64,000 bases of DNA from a virus. The notes beneath the pieces were generated by a model. That model searched no databases, was not told the origin of the DNA, and saw only the letters and a list, made by a program, of their open reading frames with translations. A program made the translations under genes and the position numbers. Each line of letters starts with the position of its first letter. Positions within the stretch are counted from its first letter, which is position 1. Where the stretch lies: positions 64,001-128,000 of the IMG/VR virus record IMGVR_UViG_3300042516_004811. The stretch is one strand, 5' to 3'. This document shows positions 1 to 8,921 of the stretch, piece by piece.

Positions 1-120
1 CGTATGTGTTGCGCAATTGCTTGACACACTTTCGTAATCGTTGCGCATTGCGTGTGCGTTGCTACTGCGTTGCGTGTGCGTGTGTGTGTGCGTTGCGTGT
101 GCGTGTGTGTTGCGCTCACC
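1..120. repeat. GT-rich low-complexity tract (GCGTGTGCGTT / GT units)
   Basis: Repeated gcgttgcgtgtgcgtgtgtgt units at ~48-113; the overlapping ORF 6..323 is Cys/Val/Arg-rich and looks spurious. Confidence 0.6.
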
Positions 121-319
121 CCGTGACTCATTGCGTGGCAGTCCATCATTGCACGGACGCCGACCCCATGCGCTGTGAGCCCCGCCTACTTTCACTGGCA
201 CCCCCCAACCGGTGGCCAGCTACTACAGAAATTTTGGACTCCAAATTACTTCACTTAAATTTATCCAAACCTGCCCTAGGAGCCGGCGATAGGGTCGCGG
301 CCGGCGATAGGATGGCCGT

Positions 320-529
320 ATGACATACGATGAGTTTCTTGCCCTTGTTCACGAAAAGCATGATTCGATGGCCGGCGAATGGCGATTCGGGCAGGCCTAC
401 TTCAACACCCTCCACGAGGTGGCTCCAGACATCGCAGTAGAGGTAAGAGGTCATGTGCATGACCCGTTTCACAGGGACAAGATTGACCCCATGATTGCTT
501 CGTTCGTCATGGAACGCATGGATGGCTGA
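320..529 (+). CDS. hypothetical phage protein
   Basis: 69-aa ORF with protein-like composition (WRFGQAYFNTL...DPFH). Confidence 0.6.
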   Translation: MTYDEFLALVHEKHDSMAGEWRFGQAYFNTLHEVAPDIAVEVRGHVHDPFHRDKIDPMIASFVMERMDG

Positions 530-614
530 CGAGCTAATTGATGTATTGATTGTTTGTTTGATTGTTCTTTTGCTGTTGCTTCTGGTGTTCGTACCCGGGG
601 GTATGTACCTGTAA
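522..614 (+). CDS. small hydrophobic membrane peptide (30 aa)
   Basis: Manual translation MADELIDVLIVCLIVLLLLLLVFVPGGMYL; overlaps the end of the previous ORF. Confidence 0.35.
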   Translation: MADELIDVLIVCLIVLLLLLLVFVPGGMYL

Positions 615-665
615 TCGGTTCCCCAGAGTGGCTCTCTAGCCTTACTGGACCGTCTTAACAGCGTT

Positions 666-959
666 CTAGCTCGTGGAAGAGACAGAAGATAATAAGCGCC
701 GCGCGAAATTCACCATCGTTCCAGAGCGGTCGTTTAGGAACTCGAAATACTCGTTTCCTGAAGCAAGGAAGCTTGCATAGTGCCGCGCGATTTTGTCGCC
801 GCCAGATTCTGTGCGTTCCATCCTGTAGAGGTAGGCCCTTTCACCATCAAAAACGACCAACCATTCACTGTTGTCGTTTGTCACAAAGACCATTGACTCT
901 TTGTATTTGAAGCTCTCTCCGATGGGGTCGAATTCATAGTCGGTGGAATATGTAGTCAT
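666..959 (-). CDS. hypothetical protein
   Basis: ORF 666..1019; ATG at 959 (MTTYSTDY) is the more plausible start. Confidence 0.55.
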   Translation of the reverse strand: MTTYSTDYEFDPIGESFKYKESMVFVTNDNSEWLVVFDGERAYLYRMERTESGGDKIARHYASFLASGNEYFEFLNDRSGTMVNFARRLLSSVSSTS

Positions 960-1003
960 GGGATTTAGGGTAACGCAAATATATGAGCATGTACAGGGTT
1001 CCC

Positions 1004-1017
1004 GGATAAATTTATCC
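1004..1017. promoter_or_regulatory. perfect 14-bp palindrome GGATAAATTTATCC, possible operator
   Basis: Self-complementary; lies between divergent genes; partial copy TAAATTTATCCAAA at 256-269. Confidence 0.3.
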
Positions 1018-1229
1018 AAAAAAGAGGGTCGTTCCCAAAAATTTTTTTGGGTATACAGCTTTGTTCTAAAAGCGTTGCTTTTATTGGGGTTGCGGCGGCC
1101 GGCGGGGGGCGCGGGCTAGGGGGTTGTTTGCACTTTTTGGGATGTTGGGGGTAAAATAGATGTACCCCAGATATCGGGTGCTCCGGCTACTAACACGAGC
1201 GTCTTATCCACCGAGGTCAGGAAAAACCA

Positions 1230-2096
1230 ATGCAGACTAACCGTCTCTATTCCATTGCCATATATGCCCTTATTCCGTTGCTGGTCGGCTGGTCCTTCTG
1301 GCCACAGACAGAAACGGAAGCAAAGAATGAGGGGGTGAATAGCAATACTGAGATGGTTAAAAAAGCCGAGGTTCCGAAAGAGGAGCCCGAGTCCCCGGCT
1401 CTGGAAGCAGGTCTTTACGACCGCAATCAGCTAACAAAGACGGACAGGCCAAAGCCCAGAATCGAGTTCTGGGACGAGCTGGCCCGCTGCGAGACTGGCA
1501 GCAATTGGCAGAACGGTGGACGCTTTAGTGGTGGTGTCGGAATCATGAATACCGGCACATTTGCTAAGGGTGTCCTTGGACAGGGCCAGATGGGCACATG
1601 GGAGCGCTGGGGTGGTGAGGAATTTGCCCCCACTCCACAGGAAGCCACAAAGGAGCAGCAGATTCTTGTAGGGAATCGCATTGCTCTTTGGGGTTGGGAA
1701 GTAGTAGTTGACCGTGGGCGGGAATTTGCCGAGCGCCATGGTGTCCCACAGATTTATCACTACAAGAAAGAACCAGTTGGCTTTGGCGGCTGGGGCGCAC
1801 TGCCTTGTGCTGGAGGAAAGCCAAAACAGCTATTCCATTACGACGACCCAGATAAGTTGATGCTTATTAAGTACGAGTGGGGCGAGAAGTCAGTTGCTGT
1901 TCTAGACCTTCAGGTGCTTATGGGTATGAAGACCCCAACTGGCGTTTATGATGATGCAACCAGGAAGAAGCACATTGAGGGCCTAAATTACTGGGGACTT
2001 ACGAAAGCTGGTGTTCCGGAGAAGCCGTTAACTCAGCAGGATATTGCTGCGAAAATCAATATGGCTGCAGAAAACCTGGTCTGGTTCTCTAACTAG
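1230..2096 (+). CDS. Rpf-like (resuscitation-promoting factor/lysozyme-like transglycosylase) protein with N-terminal signal/anchor and possible C-terminal peptidoglycan-binding segment
   Basis: FWDELARCETGSNW...SGGVG...TWERWGG...ATKEQQI...GWGALPC matches the Rpf domain pattern (WDxLAxCESGGNW); hydrophobic N-terminus. Confidence 0.75.
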   Translation: MQTNRLYSIAIYALIPLLVGWSFWPQTETEAKNEGVNSNTEMVKKAEVPKEEPESPALEAGLYDRNQLTKTDRPKPRIEFWDELARCETGSNWQNGGRFSGGVGIMNTGTFAKGVLGQGQMGTWERWGGEEFAPTPQEATKEQQILVGNRIALWGWEVVVDRGREFAERHGVPQIYHYKKEPVGFGGWGALPCAGGKPKQLFHYDDPDKLMLIKYEWGEKSVAVLDLQVLMGMKTPTGVYDDATRKKHIEGLNYWGLTKAGVPEKPLTQQDIAAKINMAAENLVWFSN

Positions 2097-2953
2097 ATAC
2101 TTCCTCTAGCAGCAAGTTCGTCGACCATTCTCTGGAGGGCGTTCCTGTAGTGGGGCATCGGCTCAAATCCAGCTTCGGGAGTAAGTCTCGTATTGGCGAG
2201 CACTGAATTCTTCGGTCTTAGTGCTGAGCCAGACACACGCATGTCGACGCTCGAGACGGGCTTGAGAACAACATGCTTTACTTCAGCAATATCGAGTAGG
2301 TCGCGTACAAATTCGTACCACGACACTGAGCCTTCATTTGTTACGTGAAAAATCCCCGCCATGTTATTGCGGGATATTTTCGAAATAACTCGTGCGGCAT
2401 CTGGCGCATACGTGGGATTGCCTATTTGGTCATCCACGAATCTAAGCTCGTCCTGGGTTTTGCAGAGATTTAGAACAGTCTTTACGATGTTATTTCCATT
2501 TGGGCCAAATAACCATGAGACTCGAACGATTGCATCTGTTGGGCGAAGAACAAGCTCTCCGTTTTTCTTGGTTATACCGTACTTGTTTATTGGGAATTGA
2601 CTGTCGCTCTCGACGTATGGTTCATCTTGTCTACCACTAAATACGTAGTCTGTTGAGATGTATGTGACGTGAGCCCCTATTTCATAGGCCGTTCTAACAA
2701 TCATGTCAGTGGCAAGAGTGTTTATTCTCACTGCTTCCCTTGAGTATGTTTCACACTTATCGACACCGGTCATTGCTGCACAGTGAATAATATGAGTCGG
2801 TCTAAGTTCCTGGATAAATTTACCCACAGCTAGCAAGTCTGCTAGGTCGGCATCTTCTCTCGTCATTGGGATAACTTCGTCACCATTAGCGAGACACTCG
2901 GCAACAACTTCACTGCCGAGCTGACCATTAGCGCCAGTTACAAGAACTCTCAC
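2093..2953 (-). CDS. rmlD: dTDP-4-dehydrorhamnose reductase
   Basis: VLVTGANGQLG, ISTDYVFSG, YGITK, DQIGNPT; GTG start overlaps the rmlB stop (GTGA). Confidence 0.93.
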   Translation of the reverse strand: MRVLVTGANGQLGSEVVAECLANGDEVIPMTREDADLADLLAVGKFIQELRPTHIIHCAAMTGVDKCETYSREAVRINTLATDMIVRTAYEIGAHVTYISTDYVFSGRQDEPYVESDSQFPINKYGITKKNGELVLRPTDAIVRVSWLFGPNGNNIVKTVLNLCKTQDELRFVDDQIGNPTYAPDAARVISKISRNNMAGIFHVTNEGSVSWYEFVRDLLDIAEVKHVVLKPVSSVDMRVSGSALRPKNSVLANTRLTPEAGFEPMPHYRNALQRMVDELAARGSI

Positions 2954-3918
2954 TTTATTCCTTCTTTTTTCTTGAGTGGCTCCCACCACCACTTGTTATT
3001 TATATACCACCCAACTGTTTCGGCAAGAGCTTCATCTAGCGAACGAGAACGCCTCCAGCCAAGGTCGGAAATTTTTTGAATGTCGACGGAGTATCTTCGG
3101 TCATGACCCTTTCTGTCTTCGACATATGAAATTTTGTCTTCACCAAAATCCGTTAGCTCAAGTATTTTCATCACTAGTTCGATGTTTGGCGTTTCGTTTC
3201 CGGCGCCAATGTTATAAATCTCTCCATCTAGACCCTTGTTTAGCACTAGAAGAATTCCAGAGCAATGGTCGTCTACAAATAGCCAGTCTCTCTCGTTTAG
3301 CCCGTCCCCATATAGTGGAATGTTTTTTCCTTCTAGCAGGTTGGTCACAAATAGCGGTATTGCTTTTTCTGGATATTGAAACGGTCCAAAATTGTTCGTA
3401 CACCGAGTGACTGTTACCGGAAGCCCGTGTGTGTGGTGATATGAAAGAGCTATGAGGTCAGAACCGGCTTTTGATGCTGAGTATGGAGACCGTGGCTCAA
3501 GTGGGTCCGACTCCAGCGATGAACCGACATCTACTGAGCCATAAACCTCGTCTGTACCTATATGGATAACTTTTTCGATACCAACAGCAAGTGCCGTATT
3601 CATCACTACGTTTGTTCCAAAACAATTGGTAAGTATGAAATCATCAGAGCCACTTATTGACCTATCAACATGGCTTTCTGCTGCAAAATGAACAACAACA
3701 TCACACTGCTTCATTGCTTCCCATAGTGATGATGGGTCGCATATGTTTCCATGGACGAAGGAAAACCTCTTATCATCCCTTAGGTCAATCATTGTAGACA
3801 TGTTTCCGGCATAGGTGAGCGCGTCGTATACGACAACTTCATCGTCTGTATTTTTTAACACATGGCGTGCGTAGCTTGAGCCAATAAAGCCAGCTCCGCC
3901 GGTTACTAGTTGTTTCAT
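2950..3918 (-). CDS. rmlB: dTDP-glucose 4,6-dehydratase
   Basis: LVTGGAGFIGS, HFAAESHVDRS, TDEVYG, PYSASKA, DRKGHDRRY. Confidence 0.96.
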   Translation of the reverse strand: MKQLVTGGAGFIGSSYARHVLKNTDDEVVVYDALTYAGNMSTMIDLRDDKRFSFVHGNICDPSSLWEAMKQCDVVVHFAAESHVDRSISGSDDFILTNCFGTNVVMNTALAVGIEKVIHIGTDEVYGSVDVGSSLESDPLEPRSPYSASKAGSDLIALSYHHTHGLPVTVTRCTNNFGPFQYPEKAIPLFVTNLLEGKNIPLYGDGLNERDWLFVDDHCSGILLVLNKGLDGEIYNIGAGNETPNIELVMKILELTDFGEDKISYVEDRKGHDRRYSVDIQKISDLGWRRSRSLDEALAETVGWYINNKWWWEPLKKKEGIK

Positions 3919-3919
3919 T

Positions 3920-4486
3920 TCAGCGCAAACCGAAATGCGGCATTAAACGCTCGGGAATTTCGTCAATACGAGGATTGTTCATATCCCTTTTAGAAAGAAT
4001 CGGATACTTAACACCCCATTGAGCGTTTATCGCTGGGTCATCCCAAGCAACACCAAGTTCATCGTGCTTGTTGTAGTAACCATCAACCATGTACGTGATT
4101 GTCATATCTGTAAGGGCAGAAAATCCATGAGCAACACCTGGTGGGATGTACACGCCACTGTGGTTATGAAGTCCGGGTCCATCGATTGGTGCGCCAACAT
4201 CCATAATAAGCGTTCTGCCTTTTGTCGATGACCCTACGCGTAGGTCGTGAAGCACTATTCGGCAAGAACCAAAAGGCACATACCAGTAATCTGCTTGGTG
4301 AAGGTGATAATGAAGACCAACGACAGAACCATATGCCCTGTCTGCGCGATTTCCTTGAATCATTTCGCGGGAATTAGGAAACCATTCTCTTCTATATGTC
4401 TCTATGAAGCATCCTCTTTCGTCCTGGAATACATCCGGGATAATGATTGATACACCATTGATTATTTCTGAATCTACTCTCATCAT
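3920..4486 (-). CDS. rmlC: dTDP-4-dehydrorhamnose 3,5-epimerase
   Basis: DERGCF, GLHYH, DLRVGSST, IPPGVAHGF, WDDPAI; operon context. Confidence 0.92.
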   Translation of the reverse strand: MMRVDSEIINGVSIIIPDVFQDERGCFIETYRREWFPNSREMIQGNRADRAYGSVVGLHYHLHQADYWYVPFGSCRIVLHDLRVGSSTKGRTLIMDVGAPIDGPGLHNHSGVYIPPGVAHGFSALTDMTITYMVDGYYNKHDELGVAWDDPAINAQWGVKYPILSKRDMNNPRIDEIPERLMPHFGLR

Positions 4487-5547
4487 TGGTCTGCTACCTC
4501 CACTACGCAGTCGTCACCAATCATCATTCGTGTTGATTTTGGCTTTGTTGGTGATGGCATAAGTCTTGCGTTCATACCAATAAGGGAATCAGTCATTCTT
4601 CTTATTTCTCTTACTTCGCTTCCGTCCATCACTACTGAGTTTTCAATCTCTGAATTGATGATTTCACAGTTTGAGCCGATTGCCGTATATGGACCAATAT
4701 AAGAGTCGCGTATTTCCGTTCCAGAACCAATAATTACCGGTCCTGAAATTCTGGAGTTGACAATCGTTACGCCATCCGGAATGGATATGCGCCCCTCAAG
4801 CACTGTCATCAAATCAATATCGCCATCTATGTGTCGCTCAATTGTGTCAAGAACAAGACGGTTGCATTCAAGTAGGGAGTCTTTCTTGCCAGTATCAATC
4901 CACCACCCAGAGAGTGTCTCGTGAAATACTGGCTTACCCGAATCAAGCAACCACTGAATCGCATCGGTAATCTCAAGTTCTCCGCGCGCTGATGGCTTAA
5001 TTGATGCAACCGCTTCGTGAATATCTGGGGTAAACATGTATACGCCGACAAGAGCCATGTCCGATGGTGGATATTCCGGTTTTTCTACAAGGCGAACAAT
5101 TTTTCCAGAGTCATCAAACTGGGCAACACCGAAGCTCTTTGGATTATCAACTTGGCAGAGAAGTATCTTTGCCCCCTCTGATATCCATGTTTCCGTGAAA
5201 GTTGACAACTCCATCTCAATCATGTTGTCGCCTAGGTACATGATGAAGTTTTCTTCACCGAGAAAATCACGAGCTATTGAAACACAATCAGCAAGACCTC
5301 TTGGTATTGATTGCTTCATGTAAGTTATTTCGGCACCAAATTGTTCACCGTTACGAAGTGACTCAATCACATCGGCACCGTTCTTGCCAATAATTACGCC
5401 GATTTCTTTTATGCCGGCCCGAACCATTGATTCAATGGCGTAGTGGATTATTGGCTTATTAGCTATTGGAACGAGTTGCTTCGCTCGTGTGTGCGTTATT
5501 GGTCGCAGTCTGGTTCCATGACCACCAGCAAGAATTAGGCCCTTCAT
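4483..5547 (-). CDS. rmlA: glucose-1-phosphate thymidylyltransferase (long form)
   Basis: MKGLILAGGHGTRLRPITH, KQLVPIANKP, LVEKP, SARGELEITD, WIDTG. Confidence 0.95.
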   Translation of the reverse strand: MKGLILAGGHGTRLRPITHTRAKQLVPIANKPIIHYAIESMVRAGIKEIGVIIGKNGADVIESLRNGEQFGAEITYMKQSIPRGLADCVSIARDFLGEENFIMYLGDNMIEMELSTFTETWISEGAKILLCQVDNPKSFGVAQFDDSGKIVRLVEKPEYPPSDMALVGVYMFTPDIHEAVASIKPSARGELEITDAIQWLLDSGKPVFHETLSGWWIDTGKKDSLLECNRLVLDTIERHIDGDIDLMTVLEGRISIPDGVTIVNSRISGPVIIGSGTEIRDSYIGPYTAIGSNCEIINSEIENSVVMDGSEVREIRRMTDSLIGMNARLMPSPTKPKSTRMMIGDDCVVEVADQ

Positions 5548-5565
5548 GTTTATAAGCCTAGTCGA

Positions 5566-6246
5566 TTAAGGAGCTACCCTGCTGTTATCGACCCATGCTT
5601 GATAGGTGATAGGCATGGTCTCAGCGAAGTATTTCTCCACCTCTTTGGCGTATTCGCGTATTTCCGCCTGGGCATTTTCATCAAGTCTCAAAGAAAGAAA
5701 GTTCATTAAAGAGCGGGCATTTACTGTCCAGTAGAACTGCGTGTACATGGATACTGGCAAAACACTACGAGCAATTTCCTTCGCCACGCCAAGCTCAAGA
5801 AGCAGTGCATAAGAGTTGTATGCAGCCTGATTCATGCCGGCGATTATTTCAACAGCCTGTTCTGCGACTACCTGGTCTACCTGCTCAAACGTGTAGGCCC
5901 CCGGTTTGCCAACCTGCGTCCTTATGGATGATTCATCTGGTACCCAGAAATCGTTTGGCACCTCCGAGTATCTGGCACTGAACTCGTTGAATGAGCCAAT
6001 GCGATGCCTGAACCACTCTCTTGCCACAAACATTGGGCACTTAATATGGAATCGAAATGAGTTGTGCTCAAAAGGGGTCCCATGGCGTTCACGCATGAGA
6101 AACCCGATAAGCCCCTTGTCCTTGCCAGTCATTCCGCCATGTATTTCAGAATTTCGCGCGAAAGAAACCCTGGCCGAGTTAACAACAGACATATCGTCTG
6201 CCATGTGGCCATCTAGGCGCACAAACCCAAAAGCCTCAGAGGACAT
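5566..6246 (-). CDS. thyX: flavin-dependent thymidylate synthase
   Basis: HGTPFEH, REWFRHRIGSFNEFSARY (ThyX motif), NARSLMNFLSLR, AQAEIR. Confidence 0.95.
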   Translation of the reverse strand: MSSEAFGFVRLDGHMADDMSVVNSARVSFARNSEIHGGMTGKDKGLIGFLMRERHGTPFEHNSFRFHIKCPMFVAREWFRHRIGSFNEFSARYSEVPNDFWVPDESSIRTQVGKPGAYTFEQVDQVVAEQAVEIIAGMNQAAYNSYALLLELGVAKEIARSVLPVSMYTQFYWTVNARSLMNFLSLRLDENAQAEIREYAKEVEKYFAETMPITYQAWVDNSRVAP

Positions 6247-6251
6247 TTGAA

Positions 6252-6638
6252 TCAGACTCCGCTACGAAGGAACCACTCGTTTTCTGGACAGTACGCATAC
6301 ACTGCCGCCCCGACAATGAATCCAACCATTTCTGGGTCTGCGTAAGCATCTACTGCCATCATTGCGAGCTCAGCAAGCGTCATGCCTTCGTCAATTGAAT
6401 CGCATGCAAGTCTTCCGAACTGAAGAAGAGCGGAATCACCCATCTGTGAATACAGGAACGGGTACTCGTCATAAATAACCTCAAGGTAAAGGTCGTCAAT
6501 TGATTGTGACGGCGGAATGTATGCCGTGGTAGCGGTTGGGCGCTGGCTACTACCAGAGTCCTCTTTCACCTCCACCGTGCAGGCAGAGAGCGCAAGAACG
6601 CCAAGTCCAATAAGAAGTGATGTTGCCATCTTTTTCAC
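6252..6638 (-). CDS. DUF732-like lipoprotein
   Basis: Lipobox LSAC; GRLACDSI...AAVYAYCP two-Cys pattern; GTG start after AGGAGG (longer ORF start overlaps tRNA-Lys). Confidence 0.65.
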   Translation of the reverse strand: MKKMATSLLIGLGVLALSACTVEVKEDSGSSQRPTATTAYIPPSQSIDDLYLEVIYDEYPFLYSQMGDSALLQFGRLACDSIDEGMTLAELAMMAVDAYADPEMVGFIVGAAVYAYCPENEWFLRSGV

Positions 6639-6708
6639 GGTACCCCTCCTGGGATAATTGTTGTGTTTAGTGTCTATCACAATGTGCCAAGTATTGCAAC
6701 CGTCACGG

Positions 6709-6781
6709 TACCCCCAGCAGGGCTCGAACCTGCGACCCACGGATTAAAAGTCCGCTGCTCTACCAACTGAGCTATAGGGGC
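6709..6781 (-). tRNA. tRNA-Lys(UUU)
   Basis: GCCCCTATAGCTCAGTTGGTAGAGC...CTTTTAA...GGTTCGAGCC cloverleaf. Confidence 0.95.
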
Positions 6782-6786
6782 CAGTT

Positions 6787-7245
6787 TTATGCAGAAACGT
6801 ACTCTATTCCGGCTTCATTCAGTAGATTTAATACCACAGGGAGCTGATTGTATGACGGGTCAAGCCTGTATACAACCCTTTTAACCCCCGAAGAAGCGAT
6901 TAATTTTGCACAGCCCATACAAGGTGAGCCGTTGATTATCAGGGTTGAACCCAGTCTTAGGCCTGGGTCGGACCACAGAAGGGCCCCGGCTTCGGCGTGC
7001 TGGGAAATGCAGTTATCGTAAGCCGAACCGGAAGCAGAGTCCTCGTGGAGACGTGGACAGGCGCCTTCGTTGCAGTGGGCCACTCCCGGCGGCGAACCAT
7101 TGTAGCCAAAGCCAACAACGCGCTTATTTGGAGCGACCACGACGGCGGCATATTGCCTTTTGGCACAGGTAGAAAACTCTTTGGCAGCTCCATCGAGAAC
7201 CCTCATCCACTTTTGTTCGTGTGGAAGAATTGTATTATTGGTCAT
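6787..7245 (-). CDS. dCMP deaminase family protein
   Basis: GYNGSP, HAE and PCxxC (SPCMGC) zinc motifs. Confidence 0.9.
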   Translation of the reverse strand: MTNNTILPHEQKWMRVLDGAAKEFSTCAKRQYAAVVVAPNKRVVGFGYNGSPPGVAHCNEGACPRLHEDSASGSAYDNCISQHAEAGALLWSDPGLRLGSTLIINGSPCMGCAKLIASSGVKRVVYRLDPSYNQLPVVLNLLNEAGIEYVSA

Positions 7246-7418
7246 GCGGTTTCTATTGCGATTAGTAGCCTTATTTGATTATTGGCCTGCACCAGCTCTG
7301 TCCGTAGGCGTTCAATCTCATCGGCGGCTTCAACGCAGGCGAATGGAATAATATTCCCACCCAAGTTCCCACGCAAGGCAGCGATGTTCCGTAGTCGGGT
7401 CACAATGTCATCAGGCAC
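7242..7418 (-). CDS. small DIVTRLR-family protein, copy 4
   Basis: VPDDIVTRLR...AADEIERLR; GTG start at 7418. Confidence 0.7.
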   Translation of the reverse strand: MPDDIVTRLRNIAALRGNLGGNIIPFACVEAADEIERLRTELVQANNQIRLLIAIETA

Positions 7419-7857
7419 CACGCACCGCCTTTGGCTTGTCAAAATCTTTCGTCACAGATACCAAGAAGTGATATCTCTCATTAGTAATCAAATCATCCTC
7501 ACGCCATTTATGAATTTGTTCCAGTGACCACGGCTTGTAAGAACCCCCAAATGGAGTTATGGCAGGTACCCATTCGTAGGAGTGATGGTATTTCTCGCCG
7601 CCACAACCATCGCAGAGATGGCGGTTGTCTTTTGCAAAAATTGGCAACATCCATTCGTCACACGAACCAGTTGTTGAAACGACTTTGGCGACTTGCTTGA
7701 TTCCTTTATTCGAGAGAGCCTCGTTCAGCATTTGATTCACTACGCGTAGTCGTTCAATCTCATCAGCGGCTTGAGCGAACATTTCATAGTCGCACCCTTT
7801 GGCATTATTACCGTACTCCCATTCCTGCCGTAGTCGGGTCACAATGTCATCGGTCAT
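7411..7857 (-). CDS. DIVTRLR-family protein, copy 3, with C-terminal CxxC extension
   Basis: MTDDIVTRLR...AADEIERLR. Confidence 0.75.
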   Translation of the reverse strand: MTDDIVTRLRQEWEYGNNAKGCDYEMFAQAADEIERLRVVNQMLNEALSNKGIKQVAKVVSTTGSCDEWMLPIFAKDNRHLCDGCGGEKYHHSYEWVPAITPFGGSYKPWSLEQIHKWREDDLITNERYHFLVSVTKDFDKPKAVRGA

Positions 7858-8084
7858 TAAAATTTCACCGCCTGTTCGTAATCGTTGAGCAGGTAAGCCT
7901 CTGCTAAAACTTCACTTCCTCGCTTACCGTACTGGTTATATAAACGCCTCGCTAAGTGAAACCACTTATCACGCTCTAAGCGTAATTGTTCAATCTCGGC
8001 AACGGCTTCTTTCATGTCCTCACGACTTCCGAAGTAATCGCCGTCAATGCTTGCCCGTAGTCGGGTCACAATGTCATGGCTCAT
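7857..8084 (-). CDS. small DIVTRLR-family protein, copy 2
   Basis: MSHDIVTRLR...VAEIEQLR; ATGA overlap with the upstream gene. Confidence 0.72.
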   Translation of the reverse strand: MSHDIVTRLRASIDGDYFGSREDMKEAVAEIEQLRLERDKWFHLARRLYNQYGKRGSEVLAEAYLLNDYEQAVKF

Positions 8085-8362
8085 GGATTCTGCGCCCATT
8101 CTGTTCTAGGAATCTGGGAGAGTGGGATTTTATTTAGCCTAGCCATACGCTTGTCCCATTTGACCATCTTTTTGGCTTCTTTCTTGGCTCTAGTTTCAGA
8201 AGTCCAGATAGCACCATTCATAGATGGGATAAGAAGCGCATGAACGCCGTTTTTACGCATCCGTTCGTTGCGCTCTATGGCTGGAGCAAGATACTGGCGA
8301 AATAAATGCTCTCTGTAATACTCGTAACGGTTACGGGCTTCGGGGTTGAATTTATATCTCAT
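8081..8362 (-). CDS. hypothetical basic protein
   Basis: ATG at 8362 after AAGGAGG; MRYKFNPEAR. Confidence 0.55.
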   Translation of the reverse strand: MRYKFNPEARNRYEYYREHLFRQYLAPAIERNERMRKNGVHALLIPSMNGAIWTSETRAKKEAKKMVKWDKRMARLNKIPLSQIPRTEWAQNP

Positions 8363-8549
8363 CACACACCTCCTTGTGTTCGCAGTGTACGCCACGCTCC
8401 GATAGTTCCCATTCGTGAACAAGTGCCTTGATTTGCTCCCGTAGGCGTTCAATCTCATCCATAGCCTCTTGAACTTCACGAGCCATAATCGGGTTACCCA
8501 TCAACACTTCCCGTAAATCTCGTAGTCGGGTCACAATGTCATCCTGCAT
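8352..8549 (-). CDS. small DIVTRLR-family protein, copy 1
   Basis: MQDDIVTRLR...MDEIERLR. Confidence 0.72.
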   Translation of the reverse strand: MQDDIVTRLRDLREVLMGNPIMAREVQEAMDEIERLREQIKALVHEWELSERGVHCEHKEVCDEI

Positions 8550-8663
8550 CCATTTTTTCCTGTTCTTTTTTGTTGCGTCTAACTTCTAAAAAAATAGTCA
8601 CAACTAAATTAATAATTCCTATCGACCATCCTATTAGGTACTTAAGCACATGTCTCCTCTGTT

Positions 8664-8738
8664 TGGTTGGGAAACAAGGACTCGAACCCTGAATAACTGG
8701 ACCAGAACCAGTTGTGTTGCCAATTACACCATTTCCCA
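8664..8738 (-). tRNA. tRNA-Gln(CUG)
   Basis: TGGGAAATGGTGTAATTGGC...TTCTGGT...GGTTCGAGTCC...CCA. Confidence 0.93.
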
Positions 8739-8739
8739 G

Positions 8740-8816
8740 TGGTCCGAACGGCAGGATTTGAACCTGCGACCCCCTGCTCCCAAAGCAGGTGCGCTACCAA
8801 GCTGCGCTACGTTCGG
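8740..8816 (-). tRNA. tRNA-Pro(UGG)
   Basis: CCGAACGTAGCGCAGCTTGGTAGCGC...TTTGGGA...GGTTCAAATCC...CCA. Confidence 0.95.
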
Positions 8817-8921
8817 CTTTGTCAGCAGTATACGCGTTGTTGTGCTGAGCGGCTACCGCCGTGATTATTTTCAGAATGTTATTATTAATTGTTCGTTGTT
8901 ACTAGAACAGAATTGGATATT

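Larger units (their letters stand above)
7390..8542. repeat. four identical 22-bp dispersed repeats CGTAGTCGGGTCACAATGTCAT
   Basis: Copies start at 7390, 7829, 8056 and 8521; a second, less conserved block (cgta..cgttcaatctcatc) also recurs in each gene. Confidence 0.9.

Noticed and set aside
6-323. 105-aa ORF at the window start
   Set aside because: Translation of a GT-rich low-complexity tract
7390-8542. 22-bp repeats as a CRISPR array
   Set aside because: Spacing is irregular (about 200-440 bp) and the repeats are in-frame gene starts
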